Shown here in pieces: positions 25,114 to 36,772 of a DNA stretch of 64,000 nt; within the stretch, counting starts at the first letter, position 1, and every line of letters starts with the position of its first letter. The stretch is from Trichodelitschia bisporula (lineage: Eukaryota). The notes under the pieces are model-generated. The model was not told where the DNA came from. It searched no databases and saw only the letters and a list, made by a program, of their open reading frames with translations. The stretch spans positions 63,803 to 127,802 of the forward strand of contig ML996687.1 of the NCBI GenBank assembly GCA_010356995.1, given 5' to 3'. Made by a program: the position numbers and the translations under genes.

Positions 25114-25973
25114 TGTCGATGGGATACAGACCTATCTCAACTTCTGCGAGCTCTATATCCTATATCGGCTTCCTGAGCTAGCACGCCCGAACAGCTCCCA
25201 TACCCCGTCAGCCCCATTAGAACTACAACCCCGCGGGGCGCAATGATAGCCCGAAGTCGGGCATGATTGGTGCATAATCGGCTCGCGGCATGCAATGCAA
25301 CCTCGGTTTGGAAGCTGTATCCCGGACGCGTCCATGGTAACGTACGAGGTGGATCCCCGCCGTTAACGGAGTAGACTAAGAGGGCCGTCGATAGATCCCG
25401 AAAGCTAGTGGCTTATGGAGAATTCGGAGTCTAAGGTGCGGTGAGCCGAAAAGGCGAGTGAAGTCGGACTGGCCCGAGGTGGTAACGGTTAAAGTCGCTA
25501 CGTAATCAGCCGAAGGGTCTCAAGGCCGGGCGAAAAGAATGATGGCGCCCCTCCAAGAAGTTATGGCCGTTTTTGCCAGTATCCTTGCTGGACACAAGGC
25601 AGAGACTATCTACGGGCGCGCCACGACTATTTCGCATAGGCCTTGGTCCAAAGGCTAGGTGAAAAAGTGATAGCTCACCTTTGGAAAGTTGTAACAGCCA
25701 TTTGCGAAGCTTTTGGCTGATATAGAACGCAGAGACTATCGGCGGGTGCGTCATTACTTTTTGCTCAACCCATTGTCCCACACCTATCGGAAGGGATCAA
25801 CATTCTTCCCTCCCACTCTAGACCTGATTGTCACAAGCCTAGCCCAACCCCCGCCAAGAGCGGGGTGCATCACAAGGCGCCCGGGGTGCGTACACTTTTT
25901 TCTCGGGCCCCGCTGCGTCGTCCTCTGCGATATCGCCGTCCCCACATATCATCCACCGGTCACCACAAGCACA

Positions 25974-27092
25974 ATGGCGACCAATTCCATCAAGCTGCTC
26001 ACGGGAAACAGCCACCCAGCTCTGGCGAAGCAGGTTGCCGAACGGTAGGCCCTTCGTCTTGTTGCGGGGAGTGTAGGACTGACGAATAGGCTCGGTATCG
26101 AACTGACTAAGATACTGGTCGTGCAGTATTCGAACCAGGAGACGAGCGTGACGATTGGGGAGTCGGTGCGGGATGAGGATGGTAGGTGGTCTAGAGATTA
26201 CTTGAGCACCGGCTAATGAAGCAGTCTTCGTCCTCCAATCCACGGCACCAGGCGACATCAACGACGGCCTCATGGAACTCCTCATCATGATCAACGCCTG
26301 CAAAACCGCCTCTGCGCGGCGCATAACTGCCGTCCTGCCCAACTTCCCTTACGCACGCCAAGACAAAAAAGACAAGTCCCGCGCCCCTATCACCGCCAAA
26401 CTCATGGCCAACATGCTGCAAACCGCAGGCTGCAACCACGTCATAACCATGGATCTCCACGCCAGCCAAATCCAAGGCTTTTTCAACGTGCCAGTCGATA
26501 ATCTGTACGCTGAACCCAGCACCCTGCGCTGGATCCGCGAGAATCTGGATGTGAAGGACTGTGTGATTGTGAGTCCGGATGCGGGGGGCGCGAAGCGCGC
26601 GACGAGTATTGCGGATGGACTGGATTTGGGGTTTGCGCTTATTCATAAGGAGAGGGCGAGGCCGAATGAGGTCTCGCGCATGGTGCTTGTGGGCGATGTC
26701 AAGGACCGCGTTGCGATTATCGTTGACGATATGGCGGACACGTGTGGCACGCTTGTCAAGGCTGCGGACGTGGTGATGCAACACGGTGCCAAAGAGGCCA
26801 TCGCCATTGTTACGCATGGCATTCTGAGCGCGAATGCCGTGGAGCGACTGAACAACAGTAAGCTGAAGAAGGTGGTTGTTACGAACACGGTGCCGCACGA
26901 CGACAAGAAGGCCATGTGCCCGCGGCTCGAGACGATTGATATCAGCGGGACGGTGAGTTGCTGATTTACCGTTCAATTCGGCACTCCTTTTCTGTGCTCA
27001 TTGCTAACGTACTGCAGCTGGCTGAGGCTTGTCGGCGTACCCACAATGGCGAGAGCGTGTCCTTCCTCTTCAAGCACGCACCGGCTGACTAG
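25974..27092 (+). CDS. Ribose-phosphate pyrophosphokinase (PRPP synthetase), 4 exons
   Basis: [58 protein letters not shown]-terminal [10 protein letters not shown]. Confidence 0.96.
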
Positions 27093-27500
27093 GCATTGTT
27101 TTGGCGTTTTAGGTTGACGGACAGGGTGACGGTTGGATGGCACTTAGACAGCGAGCATACAAAAATTATCTTGTAGATCGTAAATGGCACAGTCAAACAT
27201 TGGAACTGGCCGTCGACAGCATGGGTGAAGTCTGTTAACCGCGCAGGCTTGAACGAGGAGTGCGCCCTTACAGTAGGCCTCATGCCTTAGGGCGAGGCAG
27301 GCGGGTTATCTAGCCTTGTGGCTCTGCCGGGGACGCTTAAGCCGTCGTCTGTAAGTATATCACAAGTCAATGATCAACGCAACAGTTCATAATCGACATC
27401 ATTATGGGCATGAAGGACTGTATTCATGCTGGCACCACCCTGCGCCGACTACAAACAAACCAGGGGCCCTTTTTCATCCATGCCAAACTCCATTCGCCAT

Positions 27501-28364
27501 CTACTTGTGCATAGAAGACGCACGACGCTTCTTGGCCTCAAGGTCCTTGGACTTCTGCTCGGTGACACGCTTGGACAGGATCTGGGCGTAATCGTTCTGC
27601 GGACGTTAGTCAAGTGGTCTATCAAGCGACAAGGGAGTACTTACGGCAGCCTCCTTGGCGGCTTCGGAGCGGCGACGCTTGAGTGCAATGCGATGACGCT
27701 TGTGCTGCAGGCGCTGGGGAGTGACCAGGCGCTGGATCTTGGGGGCCTTGGTGTACGGCTTCTTGCCCTCACCCTTCGGCTGGATCTCGCGACGGATGAC
27801 AAACTTGCGGACCTACGCTGTATCAGCATTACTCTATTGGGGCGGTGTGGCTCTCAGACTCGGCTCTCGCAATGAAGCGAGGCCGGCGAGGACGGAGTAT
27901 CAACTCACATCGTCCTCCTTGCTGAGGCCAAAGAAGCGGCGGATCTTGGTGGCACGCTTGGGACCGAGACGCTTCGGGTGGACAACGTCAGTCAGGCCGG
28001 GGAGCTCCGCATCACCCTGCTTGACGATGCTAAGAGCCAGGACAGACAGGTCCATGCCCACGATGCAGCCGCGAACCGACTTGCGCTTGCGCTCGCCAGT
28101 GCGGCGCGGGCGGTAGCACGAGTGACCCTCCGAGAGCAGAAGGCGGACACGCGTTGGGTGCATGACGCCCTGCTTCATCGGGAAACCCTGCTTGTCGTTG
28201 CCACCCGTGATGCGGAAGATGTAGCCCTTGAACTCATCACCGACGCTGTCGCCGGGAACCTCCTGGCCCATGCGACGGTCCATGAAGACGCGGAGTTTGC
28301 GCTCATCTTCAACCTCAATGAGCTTTTGGGTGCCGTTGGCGGGGTAGGAGATGTTCAACTTCAT
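27501..28364 (-). CDS. RPS6: 40S ribosomal protein S6 (eS6), 3 exons
   Basis: [39 protein letters not shown]-terminal RRASSMHK. Confidence 0.98.
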
Positions 28365-28825
28365 CTTGACGGCGAGATTGTCAAGATGGCGCGGGTTGGC
28401 GAAAGGAGCGCGTTGTCGAGATGTGGGTTGTCGTGAGGTTGCAAAGTTAGAGGACCAGGGAGTGGGAAAAGGGAATTGGAAATTCGCTTCGGTTGTGTGC
28501 CAAGCGCCTGGGCAGAAGTCGGTGTGTGTGGGCGCACGGGCCACCTGGTTTTTCCGTTGGTGCCTTGTCGCCCTGTCGCCTGAACACTCCACCACCACAA
28601 CAACATCACCACCTAGGAACCAACTGTGCTGCACGACGACGAACCATGGAACAATATCGAGTTATACGGGCAAGTATACATTATCGATCTTCTCTGAACA
28701 ATTACACTGTAGAACTCTCGACATGTCCAATCCCATCAACGATCTCATGAAAGCGCCATCCAGTTCATCGGAAGTGACAACAAGACGCAAGAAGCACGCC
28801 TCCTTCTGCTAGTACCACCCCTCAT

Positions 28826-30568
28826 CTATGGTTGCAACACAATATCGGATCCTACACACCTGTTGCAGACGAACAAGTTCTGGGGATCAATCCGCCGCTT
28901 AATCCGCAGCAGCCGTGCGTAGTTCTTCCCCCAGAATACATTCTCCCAGTCGGGCTCATACCTTTGCCGTCAGCTTTATCTAGACGGCCAAGGAAGTACT
29001 CACGGATTAGCCTCATTGACATATGTCCCCGTGTCCTTGCCCATAATGTCTGCCAAAGCTTTGCTGATCTCAACCAGCATCTCCTTCTTCCGCTTCTGTT
29101 CGACAGCTGTGGCATTCTCCGTCCAGTCAACTCCGTAGCTCAAGACTCCATAGCTGGTCGCCCAGCTCGGATGGACAGAAGTGTTATTTCTTTCCGCCTG
29201 ATTGACTTTGCCAACTATACCAATGCCGTCAGCTCCGAACTCAGCCAATTTCCAGCTTCAAAACTCACTGAAATTAAACCCCATCCCCGCCTCAGGAAAC
29301 CTCTCCCCCAGCGCAACCAACTCCCCTGCCCTGGTCATCAAATGCTCCTTAGACACCAACTTCGACGCATCCAGCACATTTGTCGCAATATTTGGGTCTC
29401 TCAGAAAATCCTGCGCATACTCCATCCACGACCCATACTGCACCTGTACCATCAACCCCCTAACCCCCTCCTCCCTCCCCAGCTCCTCGAACCCCACAAA
29501 CGCCCTCTTATACCCCCCCTCAGTCCCATTCACCAAACTAAACACCGCCTGAAACCCCACTCCCACACTCCCCATATCCGCATACCCAACATACCCCCCC
29601 TCCACCACCGCCGGCAACGCGCGCAACGCCCGTTCCCTAACCATCCTCGCCCCCTCCTCCCCCGTCCCATTAATCTGCACCAGCACCGCCTGCACCCATT
29701 TTGGCCCAGGATGCACACGGTACGTAACCTCCACCACCACTCCGAAGGCACACCCTCCCCCGCCCCTCAACGCCCAGAACCACTCCTCCTCCGTCCACTT
29801 ATTCAACACCCGCACCCTCCCATCAGCGCCCACAACCCGCGCCTGCAACAAATTATCCACCGCCAGCCCCGCCCAGCTCGCGAACGGACTATGCCCACCC
29901 CCTGTCATATACCCGCCCGCCGCACCGACGGTCCGCGCTGACCCGCCGGTGACAGTCACATTCCGCGCCCCCGCATCCGCATAGACGTCGAGCCACTGCT
30001 CGCCCGCCCTCAGCGTAACAGCAGCCTGCCCCTTCGTCCCCGCCGGGGCCCCCTCGGGCACAAAGGACGAATGCCACGTCCGGCCCTTGAGCCCGTGCGT
30101 CCAGATCCCGAAGCTCCCTGCCCCGCTGGAGCGGCCGAGATGGTCGTGGCCCGTGTTCTTGACCACCAAGTACAGGTTATGTGTAGCCGCGAAGCGAACT
30201 GCGGTCTGTACGTCGCTTTCTGTGGTGGCGGCGACGGCGTATACCGGGACGCGGCCTTGGGGGCAGGGTGCGCTGGGCGGGGTAGTGATACCGCATCCCG
30301 GTGACTCCCAGAGGAGAGCGGAGTAGGCGCCGGCTTGGGAGGTGCGCCAGGGGGAGGATGTCCAGTTCGCTTTGGCTATGGTGCAGTCGGCAGAGGGGAA
30401 GGTGGGGAGGTGGCAGGGGGCTGCTGGGGGGTGGGGGGTTATGAGGGCGCCGGAGAGGGACGTGTTGAGGGCGGACCAGAGATGGGGAGGGGGCCAGCAG
30501 GCCTGTGAGGAGGTGCATCGGGCGGATGCGAGGGGGCAGAGGGGGAGGAGGATGTGGGAGAAGTGCAT
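28826..30568 (-). CDS. Secreted FAD-linked oxidoreductase (berberine-bridge-enzyme-like), 3 exons
   Basis: Signal peptide, VKNTGHDHLGRS (FAD-attachment His), GGGHSP, WALRGGGG and BBE tail YVNEANP-YEPDW..FWGKNYARLLRIKRRIDP. Confidence 0.92.
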
Positions 30569-31736
30569 TATGGCGGTGGTTTGATTTCGGTAGAGCCATG
30601 TGCGGAGGGATAGTATATATTACTCTGTCCTTCATTAACAATACGAAGACGACGCAATCAGGTATCAGCCTCGCCAATTCTGTCTCCGTACCCCGCGTAT
30701 ATCCCTCCGCATACGAATCTCAGCATCATCATCCCTACCTTCCCTCTTAAATCCTCTCGTTTCACTCGTATCTCGTACTCGACGACACGAATGTCGCATG
30801 CCGAGAACGTAACCCCGCTTCTGGTAGCACATCCTAGCTAATATCACGAGTTTCTTGACCCATCCGCGCGTAGTCTGCACTCCGCCCCCTTGACATCTTG
30901 GAAAATCAGCCTTGCACGTGCGTGCTCGGCGTATTCGTTGATAGAGCCCTACCACAGCACGCACACTACCGTGCGATATGTCGATCGTGGAGCGGGAGAG
31001 GCGGGCACGGCGGGAAGCTATCAACGGGTAACCACGCGAAGCAAGCCGGATGTCTCGCGTGCCGACCCGCTCACGCCCCACTCTCTTAATCCGTCGACAA
31101 CTGCAAGTCGAACAAGTCAAGCTCGGCTTCAACTCGAGAATGGGTGCATAATAAGCCTATCCTTTGCGGAGGCTGCGATGAGTGCCTCCGTACTTGGGAA
31201 GCTATCGCGAAGTGAAATGAGCATTTGCTAACTCTGTAGCCTTCAGTCACCTCGAAAAATCGCCGACACGCATAGACACGCTTACAGTTCAGCATTCTCT
31301 ATAAGACAAAAGAAAAAACCGCATCTCTATCTTTCGCAGCCTGTATTCAATGGAGTTGGGCGATATTCTCATGAAATCTTTAAATCGCTCGCACGGCAAG
31401 GCAGAGCCTGGAGCCTCACGAAGCCCACGATGTCCAGAACTTCGTCCAAAATCGCAAGAAGCCGCAGCAAATACCCATTAATATCGAGCATCAATGATCA
31501 CTCCAATGTCCTGAAATGACATATTCGAGTGGTCACTTCAATCCATCATGCCCAACAATGACCCCCACCCTCCAAAATTCCAGGTCGAACGCCACAAGGC
31601 TGTTCATATCAACGCATTGGTCCGAGCTTCAGGGGGGCCTCGGGATCAACAACCAGCGATCGCCAGCCTCAACCATCGCAAACTCTCCGCACGAAGCTTA
31701 ATCCGACCTCGACCTGTCTCACTCCCCGCCGTCACG

Positions 31737-32780
31737 ATGCGTCTCGCACACACGCTCGCGCAGCTCCTCCTCGCCAGCACCGCCCTGGCGGGCCCTCTGG
31801 TCGCACGGCAAGGCACGTCGCGCGCGCGCCCCCAGCCCCCCATACCGCATCTAACAGCGCAAGCAGATACAAGCAGCACAGCCGCCGCCTCCACCACCAC
31901 CACCACAACCAGCAAGGACAAATCCGGCACCGTAACCTCAAGCGCATCCGCAGCAGCAACAGACAAATCCACGCCCTTCCCCACCACCACCGGCGAAGAA
32001 AACGACGCACCCAACACCGCCATCCCCAAAGCCAGCGTCCTCCCCGACGGCAGTTTCCTAAACTGCAAGCAAAGCGGCCCGTCGCCGATCTGCGGGCCCG
32101 CAAATGGCACAACAGTATACGTCGGCGAGACGTACTACGTGACTTGGGATCCGGATTCGTTCCCGAATAACGCGACTGTTACGATAGCGCTGAACTATCA
32201 CAACGACACGACGCGCGCAGCGTGGACGAGCGCCGGGACGCCGAAGGGCATGCGCTTCGTCACGGTGACCATGAACAAGGACTGGCTGCAGGGCGGCGGG
32301 AGCGCGAATCTAACCTTCGCGGCGATTAGCTACTCGGCTGCGTCGAACCATGCTGCTGCGCCGTTTCCCGGGCCGCAGGTTATGCTGACTAACAAGCCGG
32401 CGAGCCATTATGAGGCCCCTCCCAAGACGAGCCGGCCGAGTAACTTGAGTTTACTGATAGGCCTGCCGGTGAGTCTCGGGGCTGTGGCGTTGATACTATT
32501 GGGGTTGTTTTTTGGGATGAGGCAGACGAGGGGGATTGGGGTTGGGAGTGTGATGGGGCGGAGGAGGGGGTATGATAGTGGGAAGAGTAGGAGGCAGAGG
32601 ATGGGGATTAAGAAGGGGGCGATTAGGCTTGAGGAGAGGGAGGTGGGCGGTGGGTTTAGCGATGATGTGGTTGCGCCGGCGCCGCTGGGGAGGGGGGAGA
32701 GGACGGAGAGTCTTGGGAGTTTGGTGGGGGGGGAGAACGCGTTTAGAAGGGAGGTGGAGGAGCAGAGGGCGAGGCAGTAG
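31737..32780 (+). CDS. Single-pass type I membrane protein, probably Psg1/DUF4448-like
   Basis: Signal peptide, Ser/Thr-rich linker, C..PICGP..VYVGETYYVTWDP, one TM helix, then MGRRRGYDSGKSRRQR. Family name from recall only. Confidence 0.7.
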   Translation: MRLAHTLAQLLLASTALAGPLVARQGTSRARPQPPIPHLTAQADTSSTAAASTTTTTTSKDKSGTVTSSASAAATDKSTPFPTTTGEENDAPNTAIPKASVLPDGSFLNCKQSGPSPICGPANGTTVYVGETYYVTWDPDSFPNNATVTIALNYHNDTTRAAWTSAGTPKGMRFVTVTMNKDWLQGGGSANLTFAAISYSAASNHAAAPFPGPQVMLTNKPASHYEAPPKTSRPSNLSLLIGLPVSLGAVALILLGLFFGMRQTRGIGVGSVMGRRRGYDSGKSRRQRMGIKKGAIRLEEREVGGGFSDDVVAPAPLGRGERTESLGSLVGGENAFRREVEEQRARQ

Positions 32781-32974
32781 GGTGGGGAGGTGTGGGTTTA
32801 CCTACTGGGATTTTGATTTCGGGGGACGCATTGGGTACGGACGGCGGGTATATACATGATATCGTGGTTTGGCGAGTCCTTCTCACGCGATGTAAAGCCG
32901 GTGATGTACAGGTTGTTCGGAGAGCCAGACCCATTCCGCTCCAACACCAACGCCCCGATCAGAACAGCCGCCTT

Positions 32975-33745
32975 TTACGAGGCAACCTTTTCCACCGGTC
33001 CCTTCGAGGACTCCATCCCCTCCCCAATCTCAAGCTCCTCCTCCTCCAACTTCCTATCAAACTCCTCAATCTGCCTCCTCAGCACCTCAGGACTAACCCA
33101 CTTCCCATCCCTCCCCACAAACAACCCCCTCGCCGGCAACCCCAACTCCCTCCTCTCCGCCATAAACATGCCCTTCACCGACTCCGTCTGCATAATCCTC
33201 CACCTCAACTTCCACCCCTTAACCCCCATCTCCACAATCCTGGCCCGCGTATTCCCTAGCAAATATTGATCCAGCCCGCCACACTTATCAATCGTCCTCA
33301 AAGCCCTGGTTGTGACCTTAACGCGAACCATCCGATCGAGTGCAGCGCTGAACAGGCACTTGCGCTGCACATTTGGGCGCCATTTGCGCCGCGTTTTGGT
33401 TTCGGTTTCTTTGCTCACGTTGTTCCCGCTCCGCAGCGTGACGCCGCCGTACAGACCGTTGTTGGTTTTTTTGTGCCAGAGGGCGGGGCCCAGGGGGTAG
33501 GCGGGGACGGGGGGGCTGCGACGGGGAAAGAGGGGTGCGAAGCGGGGCTTTTTGATGGATTGCGGTTTCTTGACGGGTTGCGGTTTCTGGACTGCGGGTT
33601 GCTGGGCGGCGGGTTGCTGGGCGGCGGGTTTGGCGGGTGCTTCGGCGGCGAAGAGGGGGGTTGATGTGCTGAATGTACGCGCCGGTGGTGAGATGTGGAG
33701 GGCGTGGAGGGAGCGCAGGAGGGCGAGTGGCCTTTTGGAGGCCAT
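32975..33745 (-). CDS. MRPL24: Mitochondrial ribosomal protein bL28m
   Basis: GLYGGVTLRSGNNVS..KTRRKWRPNVQRK..TTRALRTIDKCGGLDQYLL; N-terminal presequence. Confidence 0.92.
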   Translation of the reverse strand: MASKRPLALLRSLHALHISPPARTFSTSTPLFAAEAPAKPAAQQPAAQQPAVQKPQPVKKPQSIKKPRFAPLFPRRSPPVPAYPLGPALWHKKTNNGLYGGVTLRSGNNVSKETETKTRRKWRPNVQRKCLFSAALDRMVRVKVTTRALRTIDKCGGLDQYLLGNTRARIVEMGVKGWKLRWRIMQTESVKGMFMAERRELGLPARGLFVGRDGKWVSPEVLRRQIEEFDRKLEEEELEIGEGMESSKGPVEKVAS

Positions 33746-34018
33746 TGTGCCGCTGGTGGTTGTGGTGTCGTGGTTTGAAGCTCAAAAATCGCGGCGGTGA
33801 TGTGCACTGGCCCCGGCCCTTATGCCAAGGCTTAGGGTTGGGCGACTTCACCTCGACGATGACAACAGCAACTTTTGCAATGAGCATACCTTGATTCTCT
33901 CTACAAGTCTATCTGTACCTCAGTGCTTGACGGCCTCTACCTCAAATAGCTCTTGTCCCCCACGTTTGCGCGCCGGTCCCCACGGTCCGCTGCAAATCCT
34001 CTTCCCGCCCGCTCCACA

Positions 34019-34650
34019 ATGTCGATATCCCTCTCCGATCCCACGACGCGTGTAGCGCTCGTGTCCTTCGCCGTCGGTACTTTGGGAGGATATCTCCTCG
34101 CGCGAATTCTAGCGCCCACGACCGTCGTGATCGTGGAGGACAAATCTACAAAAGCCCCGCAGAAAGACGCCGCAACCTCGGATGCAGATTCCGACTACGA
34201 CTCCGACTCCTCCATCGGCTCCCTCGCCGACACTCCCACATCCGAAGAATGCAAGCTCGTCCTCGTGGTGCGGACCGACCTGGGCATGACCAAAGGTACC
34301 CCACCCATATCCCTTCCCCTTCCCCTTCCCCCCCCTAACGCCCCGCAGGCAAAATCGCCGCCCAATGCTCGCACGCAACCCTCGCCTGCTACAAAGCCCT
34401 GCTGGCACACGCACCCGGCACACTCAGGGCGTGGGAAAGGGGCGGGCAGGCGAAGATTGCGACGCAGGTGAAGAGCGAGGAGGAGTTGCTGGTCTTGCAG
34501 GCTACGGCGGCGAGTTTGGGTCTTTGTGCCCGCGTGGTGCGGGATGCGGGAAGGACGCAGATTGCAGCGGGGAGTGTGACTGTGCTTGGGGTTGGGCCGG
34601 GGCCGAGGGGGGTGGTGGATCGAGTTACGGGGGGGTTGAAGTTGCTTTAG
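34019..34650 (+). CDS. PTH2: Peptidyl-tRNA hydrolase 2, 2 exons
   Basis: N-terminal TM anchor; CKLVLVVRTDLGMTK|GKIAAQCSHA across intron 34296-34348; DAGRTQIAAGS..VGPGP..VTGGLKLL. Confidence 0.95.
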
Positions 34651-36772
34651 GATGGAGAGACTGAAAGGATAGAACTAGATGCTGAAAGGGTAGATGCTGA
34701 AAGGGATAAGGCTGTGGATGTTGTTAGGCACGATAGGTTGAGGATTAGAGTGTAAGTTGTCAGTACCGTGTTGGGGAACTGAGCTGATGATACAGAATGT
34801 GAGACGACATTGAATGCTACAGCTGCAGCGGATACAGGATACAGGATACAGTGTACATCGATACCCCAGAATCAATGGATCACTCCTAGACATACTGTAC
34901 GGACGACTAAACTTTGAAGAACGGACGGACCGCACGGGCGGTGGATTGGAAGAACTTCAATAAGTCTGAAATAGGAAGGAGGGGAGGCAGGGTCATGCTG
35001 TTGCCTCATCCAGGGCGACATCAGCGTGACATTCATAATGAAGATGTCTAGATCTATGGCTGCGATGGTGCTCTGTAAGGCACTGGGCGCCTTATACCTC
35101 GAGTCGTCGATCGCGAACAAGACTGTGGCGATGTACCAGCTGTGAGCCGATGCTGATAGAACGATCGACTACGATGCTGGCATCTGAACACTGAACGTCA
35201 TTATTTATGCGGTTCTGATGGGCTGTTGGAGATCGTATTGCGCAAAGGGCCGAAATGACTGCGCCTACATAGGGTCGCCACCGCGGCCACCAGCAGGTTG
35301 CCTGAATTGAACTATGATGCTAGGAGTTGCTGAAAGAAGCGAATGGTGCTCTGCAATCGAAAAGGCCGAAGGTGACCTCTGCAGACCACCCTTCAGTCCC
35401 AGCAACTTGAACTTCCCCAAGCTGCTCTTAAAATGACCTGTTCCTCTTAGGGCCAGCAGTTGCTCGTTTCCTTTGATGCCGTCCACGTCAGTCGTTTCAC
35501 AACACGGAAGATCACCGTTGGAGGCCCAAGACCACGGCACGGGAGAGATATGCCGGGATACGGGTATCTATCGCTTCCAGAATACCGATCGGGATAGCCG
35601 ACGGCTATAACATTCATTCTCTTCGCACACTGGAGGCTCGAAACCGCGCGATTCCCCACTAGCACCGGCCTTTGAATAGGGAGACCGTAAGCCGATCGCT
35701 TTGAGCTGGTAGAGTGCTCTCCACAACAAAAAATGCAGAAAACAACCCACGTATGGATCTTGCGGCTGAAAAGGACCGGGATCTCCCTGATGGCGATAGA
35801 CAACATGTCAACCTCTTATTGCGCTTTCGATGGGCATTCACTCCTCACTCCCTTTTAACTTGCATCTAGCCGCATGGTCACCCATCCAGACGGCCGATGA
35901 ACCAGCTGAAAAGCTGTGTCTTCTGCAACTGTCCCACCTCAACCCCCGCCCCCGCCCAACGACAAGCCGCTAAATTGCTTTTCCCAGCCTCCCCGCATGT
36001 TCGCCCAGACCCGCCCAGCTTCTCCCCCTCAGCTGGAGTACGCATCGACAAAAAACTTCCAGATGTCCTCCATTGCGCATCAACGGGAGGCCTTAGCGGA
36101 AGAGGCGGAGGAGCCGCAATGGCGCAAAAGGCTTACGATGAACATCAAGCCCGTCCCATGGAATATCACCACGCAATCCTTTGTCGCCGATCGTACGGCC
36201 TCGTTGTGCTTGTGCCCGCCGTACCCGTACCCCTCCAACCTGCCGTTCTTGTGGCGCCTTTCGTGATCGCGTCCAGCCTGCCCCCCCCAATGCTATTCTT
36301 AGCCCCCGGTCGGTGGCTCTCAACTGCTTTCTGCTATCGAGACACCGTCCAAGGCATCCCTCCCGAGCGTACAGCTCGGCGTCCCCGCGGGTTGGTCGGA
36401 TGCTGTTCAGCCGCCCGCCCCGCCATAATACGAGTACAGTAGGGTAGTCGAACCGGACGCAGACTACGGTGTAGAAGAACCTACTTCCTACTTTCGCTCT
36501 CCCGAGCCTACTCCAGCCACACTCCCGCCTCCGCACTACAGTACGAGGTAGACCCAGCGCAAACAACCTAACCGTCCGCTAGTTCTAGCTCAAGGGGCCG
36601 CATCGCAGCGCACTACCAGCTCTTCTCCTCCAACTTCACATCATCGCCGTTTGCCACGAAGCACATCACCCGCACCCCTTCGCCATCCCGACGACCATGC
36701 CCGGCACCCACGCCGCATAAGCAGCTATCCAACCCCCCCCCATCCCGCCCGAGCCACCCGACCATCGACACA

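Noticed and set aside
28832..29941. 369-aa plus-strand ORF
   Set aside because: Antisense shadow of the BBE-like oxidase; the same applies to the many Pro/Arg/Gly-rich shadow ORFs across the window.
28826..32780. Secondary-metabolite cluster around the BBE oxidase
   Set aside because: No PKS, NRPS, terpene synthase or tailoring genes nearby; neighbours are housekeeping genes.
35897..36442. Possible small gene upstream of the membrane protein
   Set aside because: Competing short frames and no recognisable features.
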